Below, one piece after another: positions 27,194 to 41,537 of a stretch of DNA of 64,000 bases. Below the pieces are notes generated by a model that worked only from the letters and a program-made list of their open reading frames with translations, searched no databases and was not told the origin of the DNA. Position numbers and translations under genes: made by a program. Source of the stretch: Oopsacas minuta (taxonomy: Eukaryota; Animalia; Porifera); assembly GCA_024704765.1 (NCBI GenBank), contig JAKMXF010000304.1:409773-473772 (forward strand), read 5' to 3'. Position 1 is the stretch's first letter. Each line of letters opens with the position of its first letter.

Positions 27194-28481
27194 CAAGGTG
27201 ACACATTTATACTGTTACAACTTTTAAAACTACCATATTGTAGATGAATATAATTCAATAGCGGTGAAACTTATCCAATATATTGTACTACATATCTATT
27301 TTATTTCAATGAATCACACCAGCTATATCTCATTTAGAAGTTTTATAATTTCAACATTTTGTAATGGAGTCTCATCGTTCAGCTGTTATTGAGTTATTCA
27401 AGGCCGAAAAATGCAGAAGTGAAATTGCCTCTTTGCTCAGTTACAATAGGATGTTAATTTCGTGGACTTTGTCACGGTTTGCTGATACAGGGGAAGGGTT
27501 AGACCGACCACGACATGGCCGTCCACGTACTGCACGGACAATTTCTTTTACCAAGAGGGTGCTACAACGGATTAAACGAAAACCCGCCCGAAGTATCCGA
27601 AAAATGTCCATTGAAACAAATACAAACAGGGAATCGATGCGGAGGCTTGTTTGTAAAGATTTGGGCATGAAAACGTATAAAATGAAAAAAAGACAACTTC
27701 TCATAGCCCAAAATGAAAGTATTAGGTTGGAAAGCTGCAAGGCCATACTTTCACGTTTCACCAATGGTCGACACAAGTAGATCCTTTTCTCTGATGAGAA
27801 ATTATTTACTGTCCAGCAGGTCCTAAACAAGCAATTAGAGTACTTTGCCTGAATCTACTTTCCGGATCTCTAGAACGCAGAAACCAGCTTCAGTGATGGT
27901 ATGTGCTGGGGTTACTGCAACCGGTCAGACACCTTTGATATTTATCCTCCAAGGTGTGAAAATCAACCAATCGGTTTATCGGGAATCAATTCCTGAGAAT
28001 GTTTTGAAGCCTTGGGCACATCACATATTGGAAACGACCTATGGGTATTCCAACAAGATTCTGCTCCAGCTCACAAGGCTAAAGCCACTCAAAAGTGGTG
28101 CAAGACCAATTTTCGGGGGTCATTTCTTCCGAAGAGTGGCCACCTTGTTCGCCAGACCTTAACCCCTTCGACTTCTCTATATGGTCAATATTGGAGGAGA
28201 GAGTTAACGCTACACCCCATCGTTCAGTTGAGGTTCTTAAGAGTACATTATTAAGAGAGTGGTCAAAGATTCCGGATGAGCATGTGTGTGCCAGTGTAGA
28301 CTCCTTCATCGTCCGTCTGAAGAGCTGCATTAGGGCAAAAGGCGATATATTTGAGTAATACTTTCTTAATTTTCAACCCTATAGTATATCTAAACATAAT
28401 TTAGAATATTAGAACGATCGCTCCAATAGTTTTTGTTTTCAGCCCTTTTATATTTGTCAACAGTATTTATGTGTCACCCTG
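27194..28481 (+). mobile_element. DD37D (maT-like) Tc1/mariner element, frameshifted transposase 27364-28358
   Basis: TIR caaggtgacacat / atgtgtcaccctg; TA on both sides. Motifs ILFSDEKLF, FQQDSAPAH, WPPCSPDLNPFDFSIW with 37-residue spacing. Confidence 0.92.
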
Positions 28482-31400
28482 TATATTGATATTTTGCTGA
28501 TATTTTTGGTTAACATACCTACTACAATTATTAAAGTAAACCCGATTAGACCTACTTATACGTGGAATGAACTCCCCCATAAAACTAAAAGTGCATCTCG
28601 ACGTAGGAGGTTGAACTGAGATGGGCGGATTACCAATTGTTTAGGGAGCAGTGTTATTACTTTCATTACTCTGAAACTCACCTATATTAATAGCTTCTTC
28701 AGCAGTAGTATTTGAGTTTCCTTCGCTGTCGCTAAAGTAAATTCCGATCCATTCAAACTGTGATAACCGTTCTCCACTTGAGAGGCTAAGGATCAAACTA
28801 GCTTAAGCTAAACTTCTCTACAAGTTTAACCAATTCTGCGCGAAGCCCTTGATGCATGGAATAACAATGCTGGAATTAACTTCATTATTTGCTTTAGATT
28901 CGCCTGATTCTTTCGTTCCGCATTGTATGCTTTCTTGAATTGTGTGGTTAAAGCAAAATGATGTACTGGCATATCATAAAAGATCTGAGTCAACATTTAC
29001 AATTTTGTCTAATTCAAGATAATCGCAATCTGATTCTTCATTCCCATTATCAATTGATGCCATACAGAAGAGTGACAAATGTTCTTAACATATTTGAAGC
29101 ATTATCTATTATTATAAAGCCAATCCTACCTTCAAGTTTGAATAGGGCTATTATTTTTTTGTATTTTGATAAATGTGCTCAGCATAATAAGGACCCCAAA
29201 AACGATAACAAGTCAACATACCAGTATGCTGCTTGAAATTCGATATATAATAACAAGTAATCCTAATAATCGGACACAAGTTATGACTCGGCCACAAAAC
29301 AATTGTCAAGCTGATTTATCCAAGATTTATATCTTATTTATCATGGTTTTGCGCAAATCGAATGTCTTTCATTGAAGAAGGAAAGATCATAGGAATTTTC
29401 GAATAGGTAAATATTCAGGCTGTATCTAGCCAACGAGCAAACCAATATAGGGACATTCAACCACAGAAAGCTTTGAAGGTTTCCATCCATAATTTCAATA
29501 AGTTAAATGAGACTTCTCTTTTTGGTGAGGGTTAAAACTATACCAGTTTGTCTTTAGAGCCACGCACAAAAATTGTAAGATTCGTCTGTTTTATTTCAAT
29601 TTGCGTTTTTCCGCTTCTTAAGCTCATCGTACACTTTGAGGTGATGTCTCGTTAATGTGCCCATAAGTTTTAGGTGCTTTTTAAGTTGCCGTTGACTGTT
29701 TTGTAACAATTAGCACTATTAGTTATTTACTTGTTCGCATCTTCCTTGGGATAAGGGGTCCAAAACTACTATAAACATAACATTACATGCTAAAAATATG
29801 GAGAAACAAAATTAACTTATTAAGGGATAGACTCTATTGTTAGATACACGTAAGTACATCTAGTATTTCTGTAACCCAGACTTGAGAAGCCTAATATAGG
29901 ATATATCATTCCAAACAAATGAACGTGAGCCAAGTACAGCGACCAAAAAATATTTTATTGAAGACTTGACAACTTGCACTTTGATAAATGAATGAAACAA
30001 GGGGATTTGCAAATACAGTTCAAATACATCAGAAATTTCCAATCCAAATCCAAATACATGATTTCAGTGTATTCCAAATACGTATTTGACCCAAGCCTGA
30101 ACTTGCTACCAAAATGTAGATGTGGATTACTCCCATTTTTGCTTTCCGGTGCATCTATCTCAGCATATGCAGCTGTAGTTTATCTTATTTTTTCGGGATA
30201 AACTGATATATAATCTACTTTAATATTTCCAAATCATGTCTCCCTGGTAGAAAGCTTTTGAAGATTATAATTTGCTGATGATACCATTTTTTTGCAAAGG
30301 AATTAATATGCCAACTGAACAACGTATTATTTATAAACTCACAGTGTTCCTATAATGGATAACTTCGAAACCACTATCTTCCTTTGTAGAGACTCGAGTT
30401 AAAGAGAGATAAGATAGAACAGATACATTGGATTTAGATACATTGTATGGATAATGAATACTGCTGATGTTTCTATTGGAGGAACCATCCTTGTAATATT
30501 ATATAGTAGTATATTATTGTGTCATGGTCCCAGATGGTTACAAACACCAGCATATTCTGGCCAATATGTAAGTTTCCAGAAATTGATAAAGGTACCTCAA
30601 TTCAACTGCCATCTGTATGATTTAAGAATTAATTTATGATTAAGCCATAAATCACCTGAGCTACTACCAAGTTATTTACGATGGATAGAGACTACTTGTG
30701 ACAGTACAACTTAATGAATTATAATACAGTTAATATATTTGTAAAATATACTTCACCGCGATATGAAGGATTATATAGAAGGATTTGTCAAATGAGACTT
30801 TAATCCGCAATTGTCCCACTTGGTGGGTGGTTTCTATTAGAGACTTTCCATAGCACCAAGGATAACGAGTAGATGGCTATCTTTCGAATATATGGTTCAA
30901 ACAGGTACAATGTTAAGGTATACCCCTTAAATGTATGATCAACATATATACATTCATATATAATGGCAAGTAATTAAGAAACAGTCAAGATTTTCATGGA
31001 ATGCTGACCCAGTCCTCTATTGCTATGCAAATGTATATGAATACATTCTAGCCATATGTGGAACAATGTTGATCTACTTTTGAATCTAGTGTATCCACAA
31101 TAGGAACTTCCTATTCATGAATAATACAGTTTATGCACCTAACTCGAACGGTTATTTAATCAATTATCATATATAGTCAATCACTATACATATAATGTAA
31201 TAACTATACATATAATTTAATAACTTGCTAGCCCCCGCTCACCTATAGGCTATGCTATCGTCAAATTGTATTCCCACTTTGGTTTAAATTTATGTTTTCT
31301 TCTTCAGGGATATTAAGCAGGATTTATCTTTAGCACCTATACATTTGGCGTAGCAGCGATTTGAAGTGTGAATTGGTACCTCACCAGTACATTTTGAAGA

Positions 31401-33020
31401 ACTAGAATGTGTGTACAGTAGAGTTTCGTAAATACGAACACGGTCAAGGAGTAACTCCAGTTAAGGAGTGTAAACTTCATCAGTCCCCTTCGATCCCTTT
31501 TCAATCTGAATCAGTTCGAATAATACCTACTCCGGAATAAGAGTACGAATTTTTGTAGTCCCCTTGTGTACGTATTGACATGAGTCTCTTGCATTTCTTT
31601 TCTAATGCCTTAATATTTCCTGTATTATTGTAGAAAAGAGACTCACGTCTATTTATTAAAGTTCAAATCCATGCATGTTTGGAATTAGAACAGTACTTTC
31701 GAAATGTCCAAGACGGTACCATTTATACTACATGTTATTCAGCATTAATATATCGATTGATTGATTTATAAAGACCACAAGTTAGAATTAAAATATTTGC
31801 AGTTAAAAATAATTTCAACTTCTGTCAAACTAGCCCGCTTCGCTTGCCAAGTCGCTGCATCACAGGTTGACATATCCTTGATCTTTGTGTCTGGGAATAG
31901 CAAAGTATGAAACAGAAAATTTCTCAGTGATTTGGCTCGCTACGCAACCGGATACACTCGGAACTACCAGACACGAGGTTAATTCTTTACAAAAATTTTA
32001 TTTATTTATTATATAATTCCATTTAAATTCATTTAATAACATTTTGTGGTAATCCTGGAGCTGTCACGTTGATTTGGGTTTGTATTCTGGCCATTTTGTG
32101 CCTCAAGTATTATGAAATTTAAAAGAAAATTGAAATTCCTGGAATTGTTATTTTTGGTAGAGTCATGATTACTTAATAATCATATGATGAGTTTGCATTT
32201 CGTCAAATCCATAACATCAGAAGATCTTACACATTTAGGCTTATCTGTGATTCAAATTTCAATGGTCTATCATATATATTGGCTGAGCTGTTGCTAGTAA
32301 TATTATTTATCGATTTTTTATACGTTCACTTTCGTCATATTTCCGTCATTGGTGTGAATTCTGTTCCAAGACTCGAAATTCTCGGTCCAGACCCAAAATA
32401 CCCCCGTATTCCACTAATCAGCCCGGGTTTCTTCCCGTTCTTCACTCAATATTGGTCACACAAATATATCTACATACTTAGGTGAAAATTCATTTCTTTT
32501 TTATTGATTTATTGATTAATTACGTTCTAATAGTATAGTTATATTGGCTGATACTCCAGGGATCCGAATAAGCCCCACAGCCGTTATAATTTCTAGATGT
32601 TCTTCCATCCCCGCACCTTTTCCAACCCCACATATATTCGATTTCGATTATTGACTCAAACTCTTTAATTAACCAAAACATTTTATTGTTTGTTTTCATC
32701 GACTATCATGATTCTTTAGAAGATCCGTACATCTATAAATAATGCAATCTTTGTAAGTTCTTGGGTGATATATACAAAAAACCTTCGATATTGTAAACAC
32801 CTTAAATATTCCACCCCTCCCTTTTCTTCCAACCGCCCCCGTTTATTGAATTTTCATATTCTTCCAACCCACCCGTTTATTCTAGCCCCCCCCCCGTTTA
32901 TTCGGGCCACCAGATTATTTGAATTTAATGTGATTTTTCGTATATTGATCATGACCTATTGGCCAGTAGTATATATGCAATCACTTTTACATCAACATTT
33001 GATTATCTTCTCATGTTTAG

Positions 33021-33315
33021 GTAATATCACTCCTCTCAGAGAATCAGGTATCACAGAGAAAAAATTTTATTCCTTACAGAGATTCAGTGCTAACTTGGTT
33101 GTTGAAGGAAAGCCTGGGTGGAAATAGTAAAACGGCCATGCTTGCTACAATAAGTCCAGACGTCAACTCTTATATTGAAACCCTAAGTACGTTAAGATAT
33201 GCTCAACAAGCTAGGAATATCGTGAATGCTGCTAAAATTAATGAAGATCCCAAGAATAGACTAATTCGGGAACTGCAAGCTGAAATAAGCAGACTCAGAA
33301 ATATAACCTTGGGAG
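33021..33315 (+). CDS. KIF14: Internal exon of a kinesin-3 (KIF14-like): C-terminal motor domain and neck
   Basis: Acceptor tcatgtttag|. Translates [98 protein letters not shown], matching the kinesin [22 protein letters not shown] and ETLSTLRYA motifs in their KIF14-type form. Phase-1 donor gag|gtttgt. Confidence 0.9.
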
Positions 33316-34799
33316 GTTTGTTATAAGGCCACTATTTATGAGAAACTCGTTTCCTCTCCACATGAGATGCACTTGAGCAGCATGCGGGCAGGAGGTTCAT
33401 TATCATTATCCCTTTATTTAATGACGTATCATCGGAAAAACTTGTCAATATATAAAATTTACGGAAAAGTCAAATTGATGTCAGAATATGCAATATGAGT
33501 AGAGAGTCGAGTCATCACTATTATCCTATTAGCTAGTATATACGCCCTGTAGCTGGATTACATTGTGTACATGGTCGAATAATGACAATATTAAGTCCCT
33601 AGCCTATTAATACGGGCGGTAGAGCTGAAACATGTTCTTCTTATCAGTTGCCAAATATATAAATGGCAGGTGGTGGTGGCGTTCATGAGCAATGCAGGGT
33701 GTCTAATGTCTTGAATATGTTGTTAATGGATACATCTGATCTCTTTTATACTACAACTAACGGACTTTGAATGATATTTCCACATATCCCTTTGATCCGC
33801 CGGTGTAAGCACGTTAATTAGAACACAGTTGAAAGGAATTACCGGGTAGGAAAAATATTTATATAAATAAGGTGGTTACGTAATCAATATGATGCAAAAA
33901 AATATGAACCGCGAAGATATTCATAGAAGTACAGGAATGATTGTGATTGAACCATATGTTAATGCACTGATAAGTTTTGTTAAATTGAATAAAGTTAATT
34001 TCGGCTCGTTTCGCTCACAACTTATCAGAGTTTCATGTTTTATCACGGTTATCATCAAAATCTTAATAATTTATTTTGTATTGATATAAAGAATGAAGAT
34101 GGCGGACTTGGTGGTAATTATAGGTATAGGCACCTCAACACCTAATTACCCTATATTTGCAAGCTGAAACAAAGACATAAAATTTCAATGTGCTCTGATA
34201 TTACCCTGCCTGTGACAAAGTATACACTACTATTGGGACTGTGTAGGTTTTGATCCAAATTCTGAAAAGTAAAACATACAGTCTTGTTTTCTCATAATTG
34301 TTCGAAATACCAGCTCTTTGCTTGATTTCCAATCTTCTATTCATTAATACACCATAAAAATCAACACATTTTCTTTAGAATTGATTTTTCGTACATCTTC
34401 ATGTTCTCTTTTGGCCTTTTTTTGAGGATAGTTGACATTTGTATTTCGGCGAAAGGACACATTTTCCCTACTTACCATATGCCCCACTACTCCAAATATA
34501 TATTTTGCATTCTATTTTCTCTATATCATATTAATTTAACCATAACGTGGCTCCAGAATGACCATTATAATCAGTTCTTTATGATAATTGTCATTCAACT
34601 TAGTTTCTACAATATGTATTTCCAATACAGCATAATTAACTAGGGTAAGTTGAGAAGTTTTCTAGCTATGGTGATATTTACACCATGTTGATGTCAACTA
34701 GTAGCGTATTGAATTTGTGCAAGATTTAGTATCGTAATTTACTATAATTTATTGGGTATTGAAACTACAACCTCACAAGCAATCTAAATAATTTACAAA

Positions 34800-37700
34800 G
34801 GGATTACTTATATGTTGGTGGCCTATATTGTCGGCTAGCCGACAAATAAGGAATTATGGCCGACATATAAGGATAAGGACTATATAAGGATTTATAATGA
34901 ACATATAATGATTATTATAAGGAATGTTATATTGCTACACTAGAGAAAGGATCTACATATATGTGCATATCTCTAATGACAACTATTACACTATGACAAG
35001 GTGCCAAATTTTCATTTATTTTCATCTGTATTCCTTTTCTTCGTCCTAACTTCGTTAAAGCTCCGTTTCCTTTATTAGAAGGGCGCCCTTTGGATCGAAC
35101 ACGTCTAGGATTTAGGATTGTTGCGATACTTTGAATATTTGCTCCACTTTCCTGTGGTATAGGTCTTAGCAATTGGTCCATTTCGGCTAATTTACCTCTC
35201 ATAAGCGGAAAAGTTGAATGGTCAAATGATGCAAGATGAGCAATGTTTTCAAATTCTGTTGTTAGCATGTCATACCTTTCGTCTTCGTTAGGATAGGATT
35301 ATTTTGATCATTTTCTTGTAATTCTATTACATTCTGACTACCAATACAGCTGTGGATATTAGAATTGTGATCTGCTTGATTCTCTATCTATTATGATACG
35401 ATACATTAATAGTTGAAAGAACACAAGGACACAACGTTAATAATTTGGTAATTCATTACGGAATTCTGATATAACCGAGTGCGGTTGCAATAATATCTGT
35501 GCTGTATCGAATGACTACTTACCTTCTAGAAATCAACTATAGCTTTTTCGTGTATTTTCGTTATTTTCTCGTGATGATAAACAATAAGCATGTGACGACA
35601 TGGTAAGCCCTATGATGATGGGAATAAGCATGTGCAAGATGTCAACGTTGTCTTACGGCTGGACTTAGTAAAAACCTTCGATAACCCGAGGTCCATAGAT
35701 GTTAATTTCTCCTTGTTGGTACCTCCCGACAATCCTTCTCTTTTAACTAGAATAAAGACAAAATACGTATTTGAATTAGCATAAATTATTATACGTACAC
35801 TCGAACTTCTTATCCGGACTCCGATATCCGGCTACCTCCCTCAACCAGACACCATTTTCCAAAAGGATTGAAACTGATTCGATCATTTCAATTATTAGTA
35901 AATATTCCTTATAGTAGAGCTGTTTTACTCGTAATTCATATCTAACACGTTTCTTTGTAACTAAAAACCGTCATAACAGCTATTTCCGTCCATATCGATA
36001 TTTATCCTATTGATTATAATTGGATCCAGAGTTGAAATCGGGATCGGGTTTCTTGGGTACGGTTCTGAAAAGTGGACCCGATTCCAACTGATTGGCCCTC
36101 CCATAGAGTTAATGTTATTTCTCAGATTCGGGCAAATTCTGACTTCCGGCACCCTACGGTCCGGCACTACCCGGATAAGAGAGGTTCGAGTGTACTATAT
36201 TATTACAACTTCTTCCTTACCTAAGTCTCTGACAATAGAGCTAAGATAATAAATCTTTTCTTCGCCAACGTTAAATATGGCATCAACACTATATTGCATG
36301 CACTGATCAATTTGTGCCTTTACAATCGCCAGTGCAAATGGTGTTAACTTAAGGTTTCGTTTTATCGGATGTTTAGATGAGTATGTAGCCATTTTAAGCG
36401 CTAATCGGGTTGCACGTCCTTCACTTTGTTCTGAAAGGGTCTTCCTAATTTCATCAATTTTATTCGCGAGATGTGTAAGAAGAGTATGTGCATTTAAAAA
36501 CTGTTTGATCGTTGAGTGAATGGATTCTGAACGTTGTTTGGAATGAGCACCCAACGTGAGGTGTTGCCAGGTCCATCGTGATGCCCATTGAATTCTCTTG
36601 TCATATAATATACGTAAAAAGAGTTGAGCAGAATGGAAAACTTTCTCGTTATTCGAGTTTTGCCTGGATTGAACTAGAGCCAAAAGTTCTTTCCATTCTT
36701 GATCAAAATCATCACGAGATTCTGAATCTTGTTTTTACATAGATCCCACCATGAATTTAAGAAGCATTCCTACTTTCGCATAAGTTTTCATGTCGGCCAC
36801 TGAAAAGAGATTTAATGGGTTTGACAATATTTTGGCCAATGTGAAAAGTGCAAAGGAGATGTATAGTGGAAGGGTGTACATTTCTGATCGCTGCGGCCAT
36901 AGCTGGGTCACCGTCTGTAATAATGATTTTGGGTGGATGTCGAAATGGTTTCAGGAATTCACTGAATGCCCAAGTAAATGCTTCTTCTGTTTCACGATCA
37001 AGTAGTGTTCATGCCAGGACTTGAGTATTTCCATGTTTATTGACTGGACAAAAAGCGGTAAACTTAAGGGTATATTTATTTGTACCATGGGTGGTATCGA
37101 AGACCACGATGTTAGCTTCAGAATTTTCAACCCAGCGTTCAAAACTATCAGTTAATGTCCAAAATACTTTACTCATTGAGCTGTCTTCTGCTGTCTGTAT
37201 AGCGAAATACAATCCTTTGGTAGATAGTTGTTCTTGTAGATAACTGACGAAGTTCGTTGCATCAAAACCTCTTTCTTCAACACTTGGCTGAAATTTATTG
37301 TACACATCTTGATAAGACCACGTTATTGGAAGATGTTTTTCATGTGCCTTACTTATAAAAACTTGATTAATTTTTGATGCTGTGAGACCTGCACGTTTAA
37401 GCTCAAAGCCGAGGGTATTAAATTCGAATGGTATTTGTCGAAGGGTAGACTCCGCTAGACTAGCGCTATGACTTTCTACTAGATCGTGATTGTGTGCAAA
37501 ATATCCTGTAACTACTGCCCAACCTTCAATACATTCTTCTAAACGAATGCTATATGGACAATTACACCTTTGTGTAATGGTATTTCGTTTTTCATTTGTG
37601 AGTTTGGCCTTTATAGCTCTGTAGCAACTTAAAACCCTCTGCTTGCCTTTTCTCGATGTAGGTGTATAAGTTGAACTCCGCACTAAGTTAAATCTCCCGC

Positions 37701-38525
37701 CACCAGTAGCAAGATCCAACGCCCATTCATTTAAATCTAATTTAGATGTCACATGAGATTCTCAAGGTCCTTTGGGCATGTCATACGGTAGGATAGCAGA
37801 CATTGATAGAATCATTGTATCAATTCTTCTTCTGACATCCGTATGGGTTATTGATCCAGAAACACTCTGATTTTCAGAGACTGCTCTGGGTCTACCTGGG
37901 AACATTCGTTAGGCGGTGAGTTTGTATCAATAGGATCTGGAAATTTCGAAATTTTATATTGACTTTCAGTTGAAGAAATGGGACCGAATGCATCAGTATG
38001 ATGATCAGGGTTGTAATTATGAAGATAATTGGGGTAGTCAATCATTTCAGTTGGATGTTCGATTTCATTGTATCCAGTTAGAGAACATGAATTAAAATCG
38101 AGGAATTAATTTTGTGAAGCTATAGCTGCAAAATATTCATCTGATTGATCGCTTGGTTCAGCCATGATAAATAGCTACGTTGTTTAATTCGCACAAATAT
38201 AATAAATACTATCCGCAGATGGTAGGACTGAGTTACTGTGTCGCAATCAGAAAATGACTTTTTGAACCCGAAATTCAACCAAATTTGCCAAAAGATTGCA
38301 TGTTAGAAATATACGTTTTCCCCTTTACGATTACCACGATTTTGATTAATACGAATTATTATGCATATATGGAGAAATTCGAGACAATTTATACGAAGTT
38401 AGAAATAGAAAATTCTTTATATGGTGCCTATGTCCTTATTTGTCGGCTAAATCCTTATATGTCGGCCATAATTCCTTATTTGTCAGCTAGCCGACAAGGT
38501 AGGCCGCCGACATATAAATAATCCC
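34800..38525 (-). mobile_element. MULE/Mutator element with FAR1-like transposase pseudogene (~34927-38165)
   Basis: ~75-bp TIR starting GGGATTA; perfect 9-bp TSD atttacaaa (34791-99, 38526-34). Contains the FAR1-type CNCPY...HNH domain, VVFDTTHGTNKY, IITDGDPAM, LCTFH, QRSESIHSTIK and a SWIM motif CTC...GLPCRH. Confidence 0.93.
35798..36192. mobile_element. pogo/Tigger-type MITE inside the MULE intron
   Basis: TIR cactcgaac(c)tcttatccgg / ccggataagagaggttcgagtg; TA on both sides. Confidence 0.85.
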
Positions 38526-40137
38526 ATTTACAAATACTAAATTTAGATTATATATGCATTGAAATGTGTGTTCTATTCCATACTATGTCTGAATTGACCT
38601 TACTCTTAATATACTTCTGACCCCTAAAATACATATATAATGTACTCCTCCTCTTCGGAATTTCTGTATCGATACATTCACTCATGGCTTCTATTATCTT
38701 ATTTACATGTAGAGTATTATATTTTATGGCTGCCCTTAGCAAACTACTGCCTACCGTAAAACGCTGGAAAATTTTCGTGAATCAAAGTACATTCCAATCC
38801 ATGCTCTGAAAACAGACCCATATCGATTGTATTTTGTCTTCCAGTATTAACCAATTTCAAAAAGTCTTCCAATTGTTTCAGCATAGAATGTAGCTTAGTT
38901 GTTGGCCTAGAAATATTTTCTACCAATTATATCTTCTTAGTAATTTCTTGTTCCCGTTCTTCAGAGGATAAACCGGTTATTTGGCAAATATTTACCGTTT
39001 TTATCTTGCATATTCTCGATCCCAAAGTATATTCTGGAGAAATTTCGAATATAATTGTAGCCATTTCCCTTCGATTCTTTCCTAGAAGTTGAATGGATCA
39101 GCTCAGAATCGGCCGTTAGCACTGGAATTAGATCCTGAAGTGTAGGGACTTTTAGACTTCACAGTTAGAATCGTCATGAACATCAGTTCCTACTCAGTAT
39201 GCCTAGCTTAGGTGGCCGGAATAGTCCCTCACTATTCTATTGCTCTTTGAGATCTGTAAAATCGTTAAGATTTTTTGAAGTTACCAATTATCAAGTTTAC
39301 AGTCCTAAATATTGATGTTGTACAAATTAAGGAACTTAGGTTTCCTGGAATTATTGGATTGTAAAGATCGCAACTTTTTAGGTTACATTTTCTTTGCACA
39401 AATGCGATAGTATCAATGGTTCGAGTGGTTTCCCATGATTAACTATAGAATTTCCCATTCTTGTAAATGCTTTGCAATTTGTACCCCTTAATGTATATAA
39501 TTTGAAATAGGAGTAATATTCTAGCAACTAAATAGCCCCCTGAAGAATTTAGACATTTGCTATTATATTCCCAACAGGATCATAACGTTCCTATGTCTAA
39601 TATACAATAGATATTTAGTATTTCTAGTGTATTTTTTATTGCTTGCAAAGTATTTGTTGTTTTCATACACAATCACTCATCTCTAAATAACGATGGTGAA
39701 TCCTGCTCAAAGCGAACTTAAATTATGCAGTATTGAAAATACATGTTGCAGTAATATTTTTCTATAACATTATGGCAAATGTCAGTCGGCTACAAAATTT
39801 ACTATTGTTTGGTCTAAGTTGAATGAAATTTTTGCATAAATATTTTATTATAATTGTTATTCTTGAGCCATATGATGGTGGAATTTATAAGCGATAGTGA
39901 AAATAAAATCCAATATACATATTTCTGTACAGTAAGGTATCTAAATCAGCGAAATCAACATTAACCAGGTTTGACCTTCAATTACAATCCTCATTTATCG
40001 GGTCAAACTCAAATCCGAAAAACGGTTGCGTAGCATATCTTTGGTCAATTTCATTTGACACAAAAAGATCTTTCAGCTGTTGCAGTACCAACAAGAAGAG
40101 CTAATATGATGTTAATTTGCTTGAGGATACATTAGAT

Positions 40138-40679
40138 TCATTCTTTGTTTGTAATAGAGTTTGGAAATCTGGTGTCGTTGTCAACGTTTTCGCAGTACAC
40201 CCAAGCATATTTTTCCTCCCAGATTTTCTTGTAGCTGAGACGAGCCTTATAAGCCTTTTTTCTCAGTTCGGATTTTGGAACAATAAAGCTTTGGGCAGCT
40301 ATCTTCCCAAATAACTCTAGTTCTTCCAATTCATTCGTATCAGACACTTCTATATCTTCACTACAACTTTCTACGTGTGCCCCTTTTGACCCTAAGATAT
40401 TTCCTAATGTCCATCGCTTAGCAACGGTCAAAAGATTTGGATTGATTTTTGCTAAAATATAGAATACGGAAAGATAATGTCAAGGATGCCAAATGTAAAT
40501 ATGTATGCATATATTACTACACAATAGGTTTTATGTATTCAAAACGAATTACAGCGAAATATATTTTGACTAATACTACTTGGTTAGAGAGGGATGACAA
40601 TGAAATAGTCTTTCACTCATTAATATTTTCGCCAACAATATTGATTTCCCCCACAAGAAAATTCCTCTATGAAACACTG
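40138..40679 (-). mobile_element. 5-prime fragment of a ZNF862-like hAT element
   Basis: Terminus cagtgtttcatagagg. ORF carries KARLSYKKIWEEKYAWVYCENVDN, then is truncated. Confidence 0.55.
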
Positions 40680-41537
40680 GCGTGTTGAAAATTTCAAGTA
40701 GTGTCTTTGAAATATATTTGTTTTGAATAGCCTCCTGTGGTAGAGTATTTTGTGGTAGGAGTGGGTGCTTCAATTGCCTCTAATTTTGTTGTGTTTGGAA
40801 TTCTCATAACGCTCTTCGTGTTTTCAAATTGTTCGTTTATGTATGGAAAATTTGACGAGCCTTGACCCATTGACTCTTCCCAGAGTTCTGGATTATGCTT
40901 GCTATTAGTGTTATGTAATTGATATTCAAACACCGATGTCTTTTATTTACCTGTCATTCTAAGTTGGTTACAGTATTCAACTAAAATATTTACGATCCAC
41001 CACTCTATATTTGGTCCTGCATTATTGATAAAATAATATTCTCCGTAGGAGTTTTAAACTTGCGTTTGTGATAGTTACTAGAGAAACCTACAATATAATT
41101 GAGATAGGAAATATATTTAACACTTACAATCACAATTCTACCTCCTTATCTGTGTTGGAATATCATGATTGATCAAGATCAGTATATAAGACTTCTAACA
41201 ATACACTCCAAATTTCAATATTTCTGAACATTCTATTACTGAACTTTATTTCTCCACTCAACGCAAAATCTTTCTTTACCTCTGCTCCAAAGATATCTAT
41301 AAATATCTCGATAATATCAACAGTATCCAAAGTGAAGAAGGCGAAAGAATATTGAGGTTGTTTTTGTAGTTACGAACAGAAATTGAATTTATATAGTTGC
41401 TAAATATAGTATTTTATCTGTTTACCAATTTATTTTATATATTTCTTGAATATAATATTTACTTACTCCTGTATAAATTCAAAGAATCTGTATAATTTGG
41501 GCGAATTTTATGTAGAACTTTGATTGAATGTGAGAAA

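Noticed and set aside
31423-31485. Hammerhead ribozyme (CTGATGA...CGAAAC on the minus strand)
   Set aside because: Stems II and III cannot be formed, and the segment overlaps a pogo-type MITE terminus.
33638-33649. U2 snRNA-like TTCTTATCAGTT
   Set aside because: Only 12 nt match; no flanking U2 sequence.
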